NCBI RefSeq assembly: GCF_964194025.1
Contig: NC_134468.1
Location: 1,488,001-1,552,000 of the forward strand
Length of the DNA stretch: 64,000 bases
Reading direction: 5' to 3'
DNA from: Convolutriloba macropyga
Taxonomy: Eukaryota
The first letter of the stretch is position 1, and the number at the start of each line of letters is the position of its first letter. The notes beneath the pieces were generated by a model that ran no database searches, was not told where the DNA came from, and saw nothing but the letters and a program-made list of their open reading frames with translations. A program made the position numbers and the translations under genes. Shown one piece after another: positions 38,314 through 51,100 of the stretch.

Positions 38314-38690
38314 ATGGAACAGTTTGTTCTGAATCCTCGGCACCTTTACGAACAAAAATGTAATTTGGACACTTTTGGGCAGAAACCAGTTTCTGTCCCA
38401 ACACATTTCAACCCTAATTACAAAGAAATCAACGCCAGAACAAGAGTATCTAAGAACGAATCAATTGTAGATCAAATTTTGAGTTCGCCGCGAGTCAAGC
38501 TATCTCTAACTGACACCATATTATTGGATGGAAGAGATGCAGAAGTAGCTTTCGCAGACTTTATTTATGCATTAAAAAGAAAGAACGACATATATTACAC
38601 AATACTTGATGCTACCGGAATTAATTCACAAAAGGCAATAAACAAGATGCCAAAGGAAAGACAGAGGAAGCTGGATTCCTTTCGAAATCT
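38314..38690 (+). pseudogene. Polinton hypothetical protein (frameshifted into the integrase region)
   Basis: ORF 38314-38811 lies between ATPase and integrase; no recognisable motif. Confidence 0.5.
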
Positions 38691-39423
38691 GAAGAAGTCA
38701 AGCTACAAAGATTGTACAGAGATGGAAAAGCCGCATATAGGTCAATTAACAAAATCTACAAAAGCCAAGAAGGTTATCCAAAAAGAAAGTTGCCTACTTT
38801 CTGCAGAGTAAGGATTCTTATACAAAGTATCTTCATGCAACACGACATTTGCTAAGCGAATCAATGAGATCTGGTGTCTCGATCTGGCTTTTATGGATGA
38901 ATTATCAGACTCTAATAATGGAGTGAAGTATTTTTCGGCATGTGTTGATGTCTTCTATCACTTTGTTCGTGTGTAGCCAATGAAGTCAAAGTATTCTACA
39001 AATGCATTTGTAGCTTTCAAAAAAGTATTGCGTAAAAATAGTATGCCAGCGAAAGCCTGGGTTGATCAGGGAACAGAGTTTAGTGGTTAGTTTTGAAAAT
39101 TTTGTACGGACAGGAAAATCAATATTTACTCTGCTAGAAGTGAAACAAAAGCTGCTGTAGCAGAACGAGCTATAAAATCTCTGAAAAACATTATTTATCG
39201 CTATATGGAAGAAAATGGTGACGAGAAAAATGGATTCATTTCTCGAAACTGTGAACACAAGAGTTAATCGCTCAACAGGTAAAGCTCCAAAAAATGTAAC
39301 AATGACATGTTAAACCACCAATCGCTACTCATAAACCACCAATCTACAACCTTCGCGGAGAACAAGGTGATGAAAATTCTAGGTAAATTTTATGAACAAG
39401 AGCTTTTAAAGTGCATCATTTAA
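38670..39423 (+). pseudogene. Retrovirus-like (rve, DDE) integrase, fragmented
   Basis: INEIWCLDLAFMD…VDVF, WVDQGTEF, KAAVAERAIKSLKNIIYRY; C-terminal GKFYEQEL. Confidence 0.9.
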
Positions 39424-39425
39424 AG

Positions 39426-40225
39426 ATGAGTTCTTTCACTGTTGAGTTGGTTTCCAACGCATCGTTTGATTGTTACCCAAACAATACATTAAGTTCATTC
39501 ACGAATGTCCTTAACCAATTAATCTTGATGGAGAATGGGAGGTAGCGGTAACAGAACTGTCGTATCCTTCCTTGTACCAAAACATAACAGAGGGTAAATT
39601 CTTCTATCTAGATGAAGCGACACCAGATACAAAACCTTCGGATTATTACACACTTGATCCAGGTCTATAACCCTCGATCTCTGATATTGTAAATGAAATG
39701 ACAGAAAAATTCAGGAGCATGAAATGTATGAAAAAATGCCAACCAAGTTAATTGTTAACAAAATTACACAGCCAATTTCTTTGATTCCTCCTAATGAGAA
39801 CTCTTTACTTGTCATTTTTAGTGCGGATTTTTGTAGTGTTTTTAGATGCGAAGAATTTGTTTAAGGTATGGGTGTTTTCATGAGTGGTGCTGGTCCACAT
39901 TTTCCCTTATGACATTGCACGAATACATACCTTAATGATATATAGGGATATTGTTGAATACACTACTGAGGGTGATACAAAAGCTTCTCTTTTACGATGC
40001 ATTCCGTTTATATCAAAAGTTAAGAATGGAGACATCATCTCAACGGGACAATACATGAATTATCAAAATTTTCCAAACTTGCAATTTAAAAAATTCTAAA
40101 AAAACTCATTCCACAGCATAAAACCCGAGCTCCGGGACTCTTATGGTGAAAAAGTTTCTTTCAACTCTGTTGGTGTAACAAGAGCAGTACTAATGTTAAG
40201 AAAAACTGGTGAGCATCTTTTTTAG
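39426..40225 (+). pseudogene. Minor capsid protein (penton-like), fragmented
   Basis: FTVELVSNASFDCYPNNTLSSFTN, INLDGEWEVAVTELSYP, IYRDIVEY…GDTKASLLRCIP. Confidence 0.8.
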
Positions 40226-40242
40226 ATTTAATGTTGTAAAAA

Positions 40243-40590
40243 ATGCTTGTTTATAGTGATTTATCGTATTTTCGTGGTTATTCAAGACAGACGGGAAGAT
40301 GATTCGGAGTGTTGGCACAAACAATTGGAGGACAGCTATTCCATTCTTGAGGAGATATGTTGATATGTTATCCCAGCAGCAAAAACAGTTGGTGCAGATT
40401 AGCTTGATATAGCTGCACCAGAAATTGGAAATGTTCTAACTGGAAAGAAAAAATTCAAATCCGTGGCTGCAGATGTTGGAAAGTAAACATTACGTAAACA
40501 GCTTGGTGGTTGAAAAATTGGGAAACGTTTCAAAAGAATCCCCGTAAACCAGTCGACGTCGTCGAACTGTAAGAGATATTTTTCTAAGCT
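40243..40590 (+). pseudogene. Small basic/amphipathic Polinton core-like protein, decayed (duplicated at ~43190-43540)
   Basis: YFRGYSRQTGR.FG.LAQTIG…IPFLRRY…PAAKTVGA…LRKQLGG sits just upstream of the major capsid gene. Confidence 0.6.
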
Positions 40591-40592
40591 AA

Positions 40593-40840
40593 AATGATTA
40601 CTAGATCAACAAACCATAGCAACTTTCGTTATCGTCACTTTACAAACTCTTGCTTGGAGATTTTTGGCAAAATTCCTGTTTTGAACCAATTGAATCTTCT
40701 CGCGTTCAAGAAGCTTATCCCAGTATTTCATTAGATGAAAGCAGCATTGACTTTGAGTTTAAAACAGATAGAAGTATATATGTATTGATATGAGAGATAT
40801 CCACCTTCAAATGAAAGTTGGTTTACAACAGGGAAGATTT
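40593..40840 (+). pseudogene. Major capsid (hexon-like) 5' fragment, cut off by a LINE (duplicated at ~43541-43785)
   Basis: QEAYPSISLDESSIDFEFKTDRSIY-IDMRDIHLQMKV resembles Polinton MCP N-termini; the sequence then switches to minus-strand RT. Confidence 0.65.
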
Positions 40841-40844
40841 TCAT

Positions 40845-43012
40845 TGACTTTATGAATCGCTTTAAGGGTAATGTCATCCAAGTTGAGACCTTTAAGTATG
40901 TCAGATAAGTACTCTCTGTCAATTTTATCATAAGCTTTGGAGAAGTCAATATTCAGTACACAGCGAGAAGGATTAAGTAAATTGATTCGTTTTAGTATAG
41001 AGTGAAGCGCAGAGTGAATACTACGATTGGGTAGGTAGGCGAATTGAAAGGTGTTAATAATTTTGTTTAAAACTGTTTTCACACATTATGACAAGATATG
41101 CGACAGGATCTTAACATCAGTGTTAAGGAGATTTATAGGGCGAAAATCTTTCAGTCCAGAAATTTCTTAAGAAGTTTGATGATTGAAAGGTTTTGACTGG
41201 GAGGAGGTAATTTGTAATCAATAGCTGTGTTGTAAATTTTACTTGAGATAGGAGATCATTCCCGATTTAAAAGGCGATAAAAAGTAGGAGTTAGGCCATC
41301 AGCTCCTGAAGCACTTCTATTCAGTTTATTGATAGCTTTTTGGACTTCATCAGTAATATAACCACCAATTTCAATCTCTTTGCCAATCAAATGCTTTTCG
41401 CATATTTTCTGAATAAGAGGGCAACAGTTGCTCGGAGATTTTTTCTGATATATATCTTCAAAATAGGTAATCTAATACGTATTTATGGATTTCGAGATGA
41501 GAGCTATTATTGACCGAATTCTTGTGGTCTTTCCAGTTTTTGAGGAGTTTAGGGTTACCGTCGTTGCAGAGTCTCCAGTTACGTTTGAATATTATGTCAT
41601 TGTCAAGATGTTCTTTAGTCTCTATGGATACCAGTTCATTTTTAGTCTTTGAAATTCTTCAAATGAAGAGGAAGAGTTGTCTCCACATTCAATGTTCTGA
41701 GTTAAAAGTAGTAATCTGTTTGTAAGTTTTTGTTTATGCTCTTTCTCTACCGTGTTCTTGACAATGGACAAAGAACGAAAGAGATCTCGTATGAAGAGTT
41801 TTCTTTCTTCTTATTCTAAGGAGATGTCATCGGCAGAGTGGTCAAAAGCATTTATTTGGGTAGCAATAAGGTCTTTATTTGGTAATAGGATATTTTCATT
41901 GAGTTTCCAAGGAGTTGTTCCGCGATCTTGTTGTGCTGAAGGGGGTATTAATTGTAGCATAAAATGATCAGAAATTGTAGACTGATGAGTCTTAATTGAA
42001 GTAAAGCTACAATTGGCTGGTGTAAAGAAATAGTTCATGCGAGAGAAAGTTTTATGCTGTTTATCATAATGGGTAGAATGGATGTTGTCTGTCAGGACAG
42101 CAAAGAAAGTCATGCAAGTAATGTTGTCGGATGGGATCGGTGATTTTGAAGAACCGTTTGATTTGAATGTCGTAAGTGCGTAAGCTACGGGATGAGTTTA
42201 TAGGGTTTTTGTCAAAAGGATTAAAATCTCCTGCCAGAATAATTTCTGTGTTGTTAGAAAAAAAGTTAAGAGCTGAATTTACATTGTTGCAAGCCTGTTC
42301 AAATATTCTGCCGCTTAAATAAATGTTGCAAATTGAGATATTGTGGGAGCATAGGTAAAGTAATTGGCAGGATTCATTAATTTGTAACAAAAAGGTGGTG
42401 CCTAAATCTGAGTTCCAAGCAATATGGAGACCACCACATCTATCTGAAGCCGGAAGAAAGTGAAATTGTAGTTTGAATTTGTCAATTAGAGCTTTTTGAG
42501 CGACTTTAAGGACTGAACATTCGATTTCTTGCAGACAAAGTACAAAGTTTTCTGTAGTTTTATGTTTTAGGCAGAGATTAAGCATAGCTTTTAATTTGAT
42601 AGAGTTCGACATGCCACCAGCATTTAAAGAAATTATGTTGAGAGCCATATAAGAAAGTTATAGTGGAGCATCCCGGTCAATGTGATGGGAAAGAAGCATA
42701 TTAGATTCTTCTTCTGTTTCCTCTTCTGTCTGTCGCGTTGTTTCTTGCCTGCTTTATTAGTTTTCACTCGTTTGCCAAAGGTAGGCGAGAAAGAGGAAAA
42801 GATCGTAAGTTGTCTCCTATCAGAGAGAACTTGAAAGGCATCATCATCAAGAAGAAGATGTACGTCATTGAGGTTTGTGAGATCTTTATTTGATCCTTCT
42901 GGATCACATTCTGAAAGATTCGAGATGGAATTTCGATCCTCTATAAAAGAGAAAGACGATTGAAGATTGGGTAGTATAGGGTCATCACAGAGTGAGACAA
43001 TTGGAACTTGTT
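40845..43012 (-). mobile_element. L1/Tx1-like family B, partial duplicate (APE endonuclease to mid-RT)
   Basis: SLNAGG, LCLQE, ILAGDFN, ISDH, WKLN, IDFSKAYDKIDR; many frameshifts. Confidence 0.85.
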
Positions 43013-43787
43013 GAGACAATTGGAACTTGCAATTTAAAAAATTCTAAAAAACTCATTCCACAGCATAAAACCCGAGCTCCGGGACTCTTATGGTGAAAAA
43101 CTTTCTTTCAACTCTGTTGGTGTAACAAGAGCAGTACTAATGTTTAGAAAAACTGGGGAGCATCTTTTTTAGATTTAATGTTGTAAAAAATGCTTGTTTA
43201 TAGTGATTTATCGTATTTTCGTGGTTATTCAAGACAGACGGGAAGATGATTCGGAGTGTTGGCACAAACAATTGGAGGACAGCTATTCCATTCTTGAGGA
43301 GATATGTTGATATGTTATCCCAGCAGCAAAAACAGTTGGTGCAGATTAGCTTGATATAGCTGCACCAGAAATTGGAAATGTTCTAACTGGAAAGAAAAAA
43401 TTCAAATCCGTGGCTGCAGATGTTGGAAAGTAAACATTACGTAAACAGCTTGGTGGTTGAAAAATTGGGAAACGTTTCAAAAAAATCCCCGTAAACCAGT
43501 CGACGTCGTCGAACTGTAAGAGATATTTTTCTAAGCTGAAATGATTACTAGATCAACAAACCATAGCAACTTTCGTTATGGTCACTTTACAAACTCTTGC
43601 TTGGAGATTTTTGGCAAAATTCCTGTTTTGAACCAATTGAATCTTCTCGCGTTCAAGAAGCTTATCCCAGTATTTCATTAGATGAAAGCAGCACTTTGAG
43701 TTTAAAACAGATAGAAGTATATATGTATTGATATGAGAGATATCCACCTTCAAATGAAAGTTGGTTTACAAAAGGGAAGATTTTCAT

Positions 43788-46700
43788 TGACTTTATGAAT
43801 CGCTTTAAGGGTAATGTCATCCAAGTTGAGACCTTTAAGTATGTCAGATAAGTACTCTCTGTCAATTTTATCATAAGCTTTGGAGAAGTCAATATTCAGT
43901 ACACAGCGAGAAGGATTAAGTAAATTGATTCGTTTTAGTATAGAGTGAAGCGCAGAGTGAATACTACGATTGGGTAGGTAGGCGAATTGAAAGGTGTTAA
44001 TAATTTTGTTTAAAACTGTATTCACACATTATGACAAGATATGCCACAGGATCTTAACATCAGTGTTAAGGAGATTTATAGGGCGAAAATCTTTCAGTCC
44101 AGAAATTTCTTAAGAAGTTTGATGATTGAAAGGGTTTGACTGGGAGGAGGTAATTTGTAATCAATAGCTGTGTTGTAAATTTTACTTGATAGGAAATCAT
44201 TCCCGATTTAAAAGGCGATAAAAAGTAGGAGTTAGGCCATCAGCTCCTGAAGCACTTCTTCTATTCAGTTTATTGATAGCTTTTTGGACTTCATCATCAG
44301 TAATATAACCACCAATTTCAATCTCTTTGCCAATCAAATGCTTTTCGCATATTTTCTGAATAAGAGGGCAACAGTTGCTCGGAGATTTTTTCTGATATAT
44401 ATCTTCAAAATAGGTAATCTAATACGTATTTATGGATTTTGAGATGAGAGATATTATTGACCGAATTCTTGTGGTCTTTCCAGTTTTTGAGGAGTTTAGG
44501 GTTACCGTCGTTGCAGAGTCTCCAGTTACGTTTGAATATTATGTCATTGTCAAGATGTTCTTTAGTCTCTATGGATACCAGTTCATTTTTTAGTCTTTGA
44601 AATTCTTCAAATGAAGAGGAAGAGTTGTCTCCACATTCAATGTTCTGAGTTAAAAGTAGTAATCTGTTTGTAAGTTTTTGTTTATGCTCTTTCTCTACCG
44701 TGTTCTTGACAATGGACAAAGAACGTAAGAGATCTCGTATGAAGAGTTTTCTTTCTTCTTATTCTAAGGAGATGTCATCGGCAGAGTGGTCAAAAGCATT
44801 TATTTGGGTAGCAATAAGGTCTTTATTTGGTAATAGGATATTTTCATTGAGTTTCCAAGGACTTGTTCCGCGATCTTGTTGTGTTGAAGGGGGTATTAAT
44901 TGTAGCATAAAATGATCAGAAATTGTAGACTGATGAGTCTTAATTGAAGTAAAGCTACAATTGGCTGGTGTAAAGAAATAGTTCATGCGAGAGAAAGTTT
45001 TATGCTGTTTATCATAATGGGTAGAATGGATGTTGTCTGTCAGGACAGCAAAGAAAGTCATGCAAGTAATGTTGTCGGATGGGATCGGTGATTTTGAAGA
45101 ACCGTTTGATTTGAATGTCGTAAGTGCGTAAGCTACGGGATGAGTTTATAGGGTTTTTGTCAAAAGGATTAAAATCTCCTGCCAGAATAATTTCTGTGTT
45201 GTTAGAAAAAAAGTTAAGAGCTGAATTTACATTGTTGCAAGCCTGTTCAAATATTCTGCCGCTTAAATAAATGTTGCAAATTGAGATATTGTGGGAGCAT
45301 AGGTAAAGTAATTGGCAGGATTCATTAATTTGTAACAAAAAGGTGGTGCCTAAATCTGAGTTCCAAGCAATATGGAGACCACCACATCTATCTGAAGCCG
45401 GAAGAAAGTGAAATTGTAGTTTGAATTTGTCAATTAGAGCTTTTTGAGCGACTTTAAGGACTGAACATTCGATTTCTTGCAGACAAAGTACAAAGTTTTC
45501 TGTAGTTTTATGTTTTAGGCAGAGATTAAGCATAGCTTTTAATTTGATAGAGTTCGACATGCCACCAGCATTTAAAGAAATTATGTTGAGAGCCATATAA
45601 GAAAGTTATAGTGGAGCATCCCGGTCAATGTGATGGGAAAGAAGCATATTAGATTCTTCTTCTGTTTCCTCTTCTGTCTGTCGCGTTGTTTCTTGCCTGC
45701 TTTATTAGTTTTCACTCGTTTGCCAAAGGTAGGCGAGAAAGAGGAAAAGATCGTAAGTTGTCTCCTATCAGAGAGAACTTGAAAGGCATCATCATCAAGA
45801 AGGGGATGTACGTCATTGAGGTTTGTGAGATCTTTATTTGATCCTTCTGGATCACATTCTGAAAGATTCGAGATGGAATTTCGATCCTCTATAAAAGAGA
45901 AAGACGATTGAAGATTGGGTAGTATAGGGTCATCACAGAGTGAGACAATTGGAACTTGTTGTAAAGAGTTTTTTTCTTGTTACTTGTTAGTAGTAGTAGA
46001 CTAATTGTCTTGTATTGTAAGTATGTGTTATTGGAGCGAGAGTATTAGTTTTCTTTTCAATATCAGTAGTTTTAAGTGCCATAGTAGAAGTGACTTTGAT
46101 AGTTGCATCATTATTTGAGCTGCCAGTAGTTGAGTCCGTAGTAGATATAGAAGTAGCATTATTGGAAGCTTCTTTAGTGGATTGTTCTTTACTAGAAGTC
46201 TCTAGACGTTTCGCTCTTGTTTTTAGCAGCAAAAGAACACTAATCTGTGTGGTGTCCTCGGCTGAGTATATTTGATGCAGAGCAATGTTCACAGTGATGT
46301 AATGAAGGGAAGTGATAGTTGACTACAAAAGAGTTCTATAAAAAAATCACCACTTGTCCTTGCTTTGTATGACCACTCACATAGAGTAGTTTCTTGCTCA
46401 GAATTGGATATGGTGACATTCAATGTGGCCTTGCCATTATAACAAGAAACAGAACCAAGTGAATCCTGTTCTCCAACAAGGGCAAACTCGTGTTGAATTT
46501 CTGGAGGAAGCTCTATAAGTCTTTTGACAGTAATGTCAACGCAAATTTTAGGTAAATTGTTGAATTTTATTTTGACTTTTTTGGGGTAACATTGGATTGA
46601 GAGGTCGAGTTTAAATCTTCTAATAGGAAACACAGTTCTATTGCGTATTTGTAAACCTTGTGTTCCGATTCTTATATAAGTCGAAATGGTGTGAAGTCTT

Positions 46701-48124
46701 TTACCATCTTTAAAAAACGTTTTGGAAATAGTGAGCTTAGAGTGTAAATTTTCAGGAAATTGTTGTAGAATAGAACTTACACGTTCTTTTCATTTGAGTT
46801 GTAATTTGGAAGAATCTTTGAAATCATCCTTCGTAAACGGAGGAATAAATTGAATGTATTGTAAATCAATTTCAGATTGTAAAGTATTATTGGGTTTATT
46901 ATTTTATTATCATAAAATATTGGAATAAGACATCGTTGATGAGGGTAAAGCCATTATATTGAATATATGAATAAGAAATTCAATATAAAGTTTGAAGCAA
47001 TTGTTGTTTCAGGGATCAGAGTTTTGATCAGACTTGACGCTATTCGAATACCTGCTATAATTCAGCGACACAGTAATCACATCAGTTGGACAAACTGACT
47101 GGGAGTTATAAATCAAAGTAAACATCAAAATATACAGCAATAAAATGAAAGTGGAATTAACTGAATATGAATGCCAACAGGAAATAGTCTAAAGGTAAAA
47201 TAAACTACACAATCTAAATAATCTAAACAAATAAAGGATAACAAAATGAAAAGAGATAATTACAAATAAAAGGTAACAAAAGGAAAAGAAATAATTATAA
47301 ATCCAGGGAAACAAAAAGAAAGTAAAAATTACAAATAACAGTAACTCAAACATATAAATCTAAAACTATTGAACTAAAACAAAAGAACTGATGAACTGAA
47401 CTAATACTAATAGAGAATGGAAAAAAAGGCAAATGCAGTAAAGTAACAGGAATAAAAAAAAGTTATGAAGAGGGTGGAGGGGAGGGGGTTGGTTGGTTGA
47501 GAGGTGGGGGAAAAGGACGCAGGTAATGGAATAGTAAACTTAAAATTTGCAGAAATAGAGAATTTAAATTTGAAAATTAAAAGTATTAAAAATAAACAAG
47601 AAAATTACAGCATAAGAGTTTGCAATTACAAAGAAGATTTGAATAAATTCATTTATAATTTGTTGTAATAACGGGGCTGAAAAATGAATGGAATATATGA
47701 ATGGAATTCATCATATCAGGTAAGCAGTAAAGAAAGGGTAATCAGGTTATAGAAATCAAGGTGAAAATGATGATTTAGAAAAAAAGCAATAACCCTTAGA
47801 TTTTTATTGCTATAGCGGGGAATGAACCCCCGTCCTGTTTCCTACCAGAATAGTCCCGCAGATCAATTTGTAGGTATACGTGAATTACTACAGGGACTCT
47901 TATAAACTAATGTTAGAACAAGAATATAAGTAGATTTTGTAAGCGTAGATTTTATATGAGGGTATAGGTTATATATAAAGAATAGTGAAATGGACGAGAA
48001 AGAAGTATATTATGGGCGCAAAACTGTTCATATTTGTGCTGTCCGGAAGATACGAAAATCTACATTTCAAATCTGTGAGCAACCAAATCATATTAGCCGA
48101 CAAATAAAGCAATAATTAATAGAC
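43788..48124 (-). mobile_element. L1/Tx1-like family B, 3'-truncated: ~1.17-kb leader, ORF1 (ATG 46954) and ORF2 endonuclease to mid-RT; decayed
   Basis: ORF1 fragments are homologous to family C (YPKKVKIKFNNLP, knuckle CEHC…HHTD*C); ORF2 APE and RT motifs. Confidence 0.85.
47811..47905 (-). ncRNA. Putative conserved structured RNA in family B leader (copy at 54821-54915)
   Basis: Multi-helix fold with compensatory changes relative to the family C version. Confidence 0.55.
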
Positions 48125-48134
48125 ATTTGAACTT

Positions 48135-51100
48135 TATACCGTGCGGGAGGCACGATAATCATGTTTTTCAATCTACTGGAAACTAAAGCACAGTAGACTT
48201 CAACAGGTTCTGAATATTTAAAATAAAAAGGAGAAGTTACATTATGACAGCATTATACACAATCAGGCAAAAACAAATTTTTCAAACAGTTGTTCATTTA
48301 GTTTTCTACATTTTGAATGAAGTTTGAGAGAAAAGTTTTTGTGTCAACTGGGTTATCTAGCCATCCTGTCAATAGAACACTAGTAACAAACCGTAGTTTT
48401 GAATTCGATGCTGTAACAAAAACATCTTCCAAAGATGAGACATCGTATTGGGTGCGTAAATGCGTGAGATTGTTACAATTAAAAAGCAGATGCTCAGAAG
48501 TTTCAAACTCCTCTTGACAAAAACTGCAAAGTGGGGATTCAGCTTAATAGTGAAGCCATCGTACTTGTTTGTCAATCAAAGTATTATAACATAGTCGGAA
48601 AAGCAAATCCTTTTGATATGGTAACAGTTTATCCGCTTTCCAGAGTTTCCAAGGGAAGGGTTTAAGAGTTTCATAATCTATATTGAATCGGGCAGCAGAT
48701 TTCCGAAGTCGTTCACAGTTTGAATCTTTAAATTTGAACATTAACATGTTATACACTCTTTTGAACATCGGCGTAGGATGCAAACTTAGTGATGGGATAT
48801 CTTGGTCGGAGACAAGCTGCATGTCATCATTGATGACGAAGTGAAAATGCTGTAGTAGCTTTAAACCATCAGGATTGTAATTGATGGTATTGCGCGCAAA
48901 ATCAAGTACATGGGCAGCAACAAGTTTAGCAGGAACATGCGGAAGCCCAATTCCACCATTTGCCACATTGCCACATTTGCCATGCAGAATTTCAGCTTTT
49001 GCTTCCATTTTCTTTCCAATCTTCAATAAGGAATTCACTTCTGCTTGGCACTTTTTAACACCGTTAAGGTGGGATTTGCATGTCTCGCTTTGTAGAGGAA
49101 CTTCGGTAATACAAAAGTATCTATTGCGAGAGCCTTTGCTCTCATTGTTCTGCAGCGGGCAACGGTACATTTATTTTTATTGATTAACTGTTTCATCAGC
49201 GCTAATAGATCAGTTTTAGGGTCATCAAGGTTGAAAGAAATATCCAGAATCTTCGTTTCTTTCACAGAATTATACCCATTCAAATTACGCATGGATAATA
49301 TAACCGACTTGTCAATATTGATTTCCAATGAAGTTTGATCACAGAAGTCACTGATTACATCAAATAGCGTTTCCAGGGATTTTATTTTTATGCAACAGGT
49401 GATGTCATTAGCATAGGCAATTGTTTTTCTCCGAAAAGGTCTTTATTTGCCCACATTCTTCTATTTCCTTCAGAAGAGGCTCAACACCTAATATGAACAA
49501 CAAGGCTGATAATGGACATCCTTGTTTAACTCCACGGTTGATGCTGAGTGGGGTAGAAAGATGACCATTTATTTCAATGAGAGCTACATTCGAATTATAC
49601 ATTACTTTGATTGCGCGAATAGTCATTTCATCAAAATTAAATGCTGTGAGTAATTCATACAAGTAATTTCTGTCGATTTTATCAAAGGCTTTGGAAAAGT
49701 CAATAGACACTAGACGGCGACTACGGTTCAACTTTTTCACTTTTTTCTTTATTATATGAATTGCTGAATGAATGTTCCTCTGTGGCAGATAAAATTGGTG
49801 CGGATTTATTATTTTGTTCAAAGCATTCTTGATCCGTTCTGTTAGAATGTGAGACAGTATTTTAACATCTGTGTTCAGTAGATTGATAGGGCGAAAGTCT
49901 TTCAGATGATCAGAAATTTTCTTTTCAGGAAGCAATTTAATGACTGAGAGGCATTGACTTGGTGGTAAACATCCTTTAATGATAGCGTCATTGTAGACGA
50001 GACATAAAATAGGGCTTAGCTCCCTGATAAAAGTACGATGGTAATTAGAGGTGAGCCCATCAGCGCCAGGAGCACTCTTGCAATTTAATTTTCTGATAGC
50101 CTTCCTTACTTCACTGACCGTTATTTCACCACCCACTTCTATGTCACTCTACTTGATTAGAAACACAGAACTTTTCAATAAGTTTTGAGCTATCAGATCT
50201 AGGTTTTTGTTGATATATTTCTTCGAAGTATGACTTGAAGACTGACAAGATTTTAGTCGGGCAATTGATCGTATCACCATCCATTTTTAAATACGAGATA
50301 ATGTTCGAAGTGTTATTAGAATTCTTCCACTGTTTGGGGATTACCATCATTACATTGTCTCCAACTTTTTTTGAAGAAACTTTCATTTAGTTTTTGCTCT
50401 TTTGCTTCAACTGAATGCACTTCATCTAGGATTTCACGAAATTTGTTCCTTACATCAAAAATTTGATCACCATTTTCAATGACTTTTCGAAGCTCATATT
50501 CAGCGTCCTCGAGCCTCTTTGTACGACTGTTCAATGTTTCTTTTATTAATGGACAGCACACGCAACAGATCACGCATGAACAGATTTTGCTGTTCATAAT
50601 CAAGTATGATATCATCAGACTGAACGTCAAATGTTCTCAAATGTTGAGAAAGAAACTGGTAATTGGGCTTAATGATACTTTCATTGAGTTTCCAGTAACT
50701 TGTGCCTCTTTCAGGTCTATTCTTTGATGAACTGAGGTGTAATAAGTAATGGTCTCAGTAAGAATTTCTATGCACTTGCATGTAGTCAAATTTGGTTGAA
50801 CTTCTAGTAAAGAAGTAGTCAATTCTAGAGGGGAAAGCTGTCGTTTATCAAAATGTGTATATTGTAAATTACTGAAAAAAAAGAGCAAAGTCGAAGAGGC
50901 AATGTTTTTCCAGAACTTCAGAAAGCTTTTTAAAGCGAGATATACGAACGTCATTTTGCCGCAGGGCATTTGAAGTGTTTTCTTTCTGACAATCGAACGC
51001 ATTAAAATCCCCTGCTAGAATTATTGCACTGTTGTGTACAAAGTTGAGTGTATTCTGCAAATTAGTCCAAGCATCCACATACATACACCAACTCATGTAC

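Larger units (their letters stand above)
26984..40840. mobile_element. Decayed Polinton/Maverick (adintovirus-like) endogenous element; only one terminus present; partly duplicated
   Basis: AGTAGT terminus at 26984 (copy at 32795), repeat-rich terminal region, then pPolB, ATPase, integrase, minor capsid and major capsid remnants in a Polinton-like cluster. Confidence 0.9.
40076..45960. repeat. Tandem duplication 2 (40076-43012 / 43024-45960)
   Basis: Offset ~2945; AACTTG microhomology at the junction. Confidence 0.95.
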
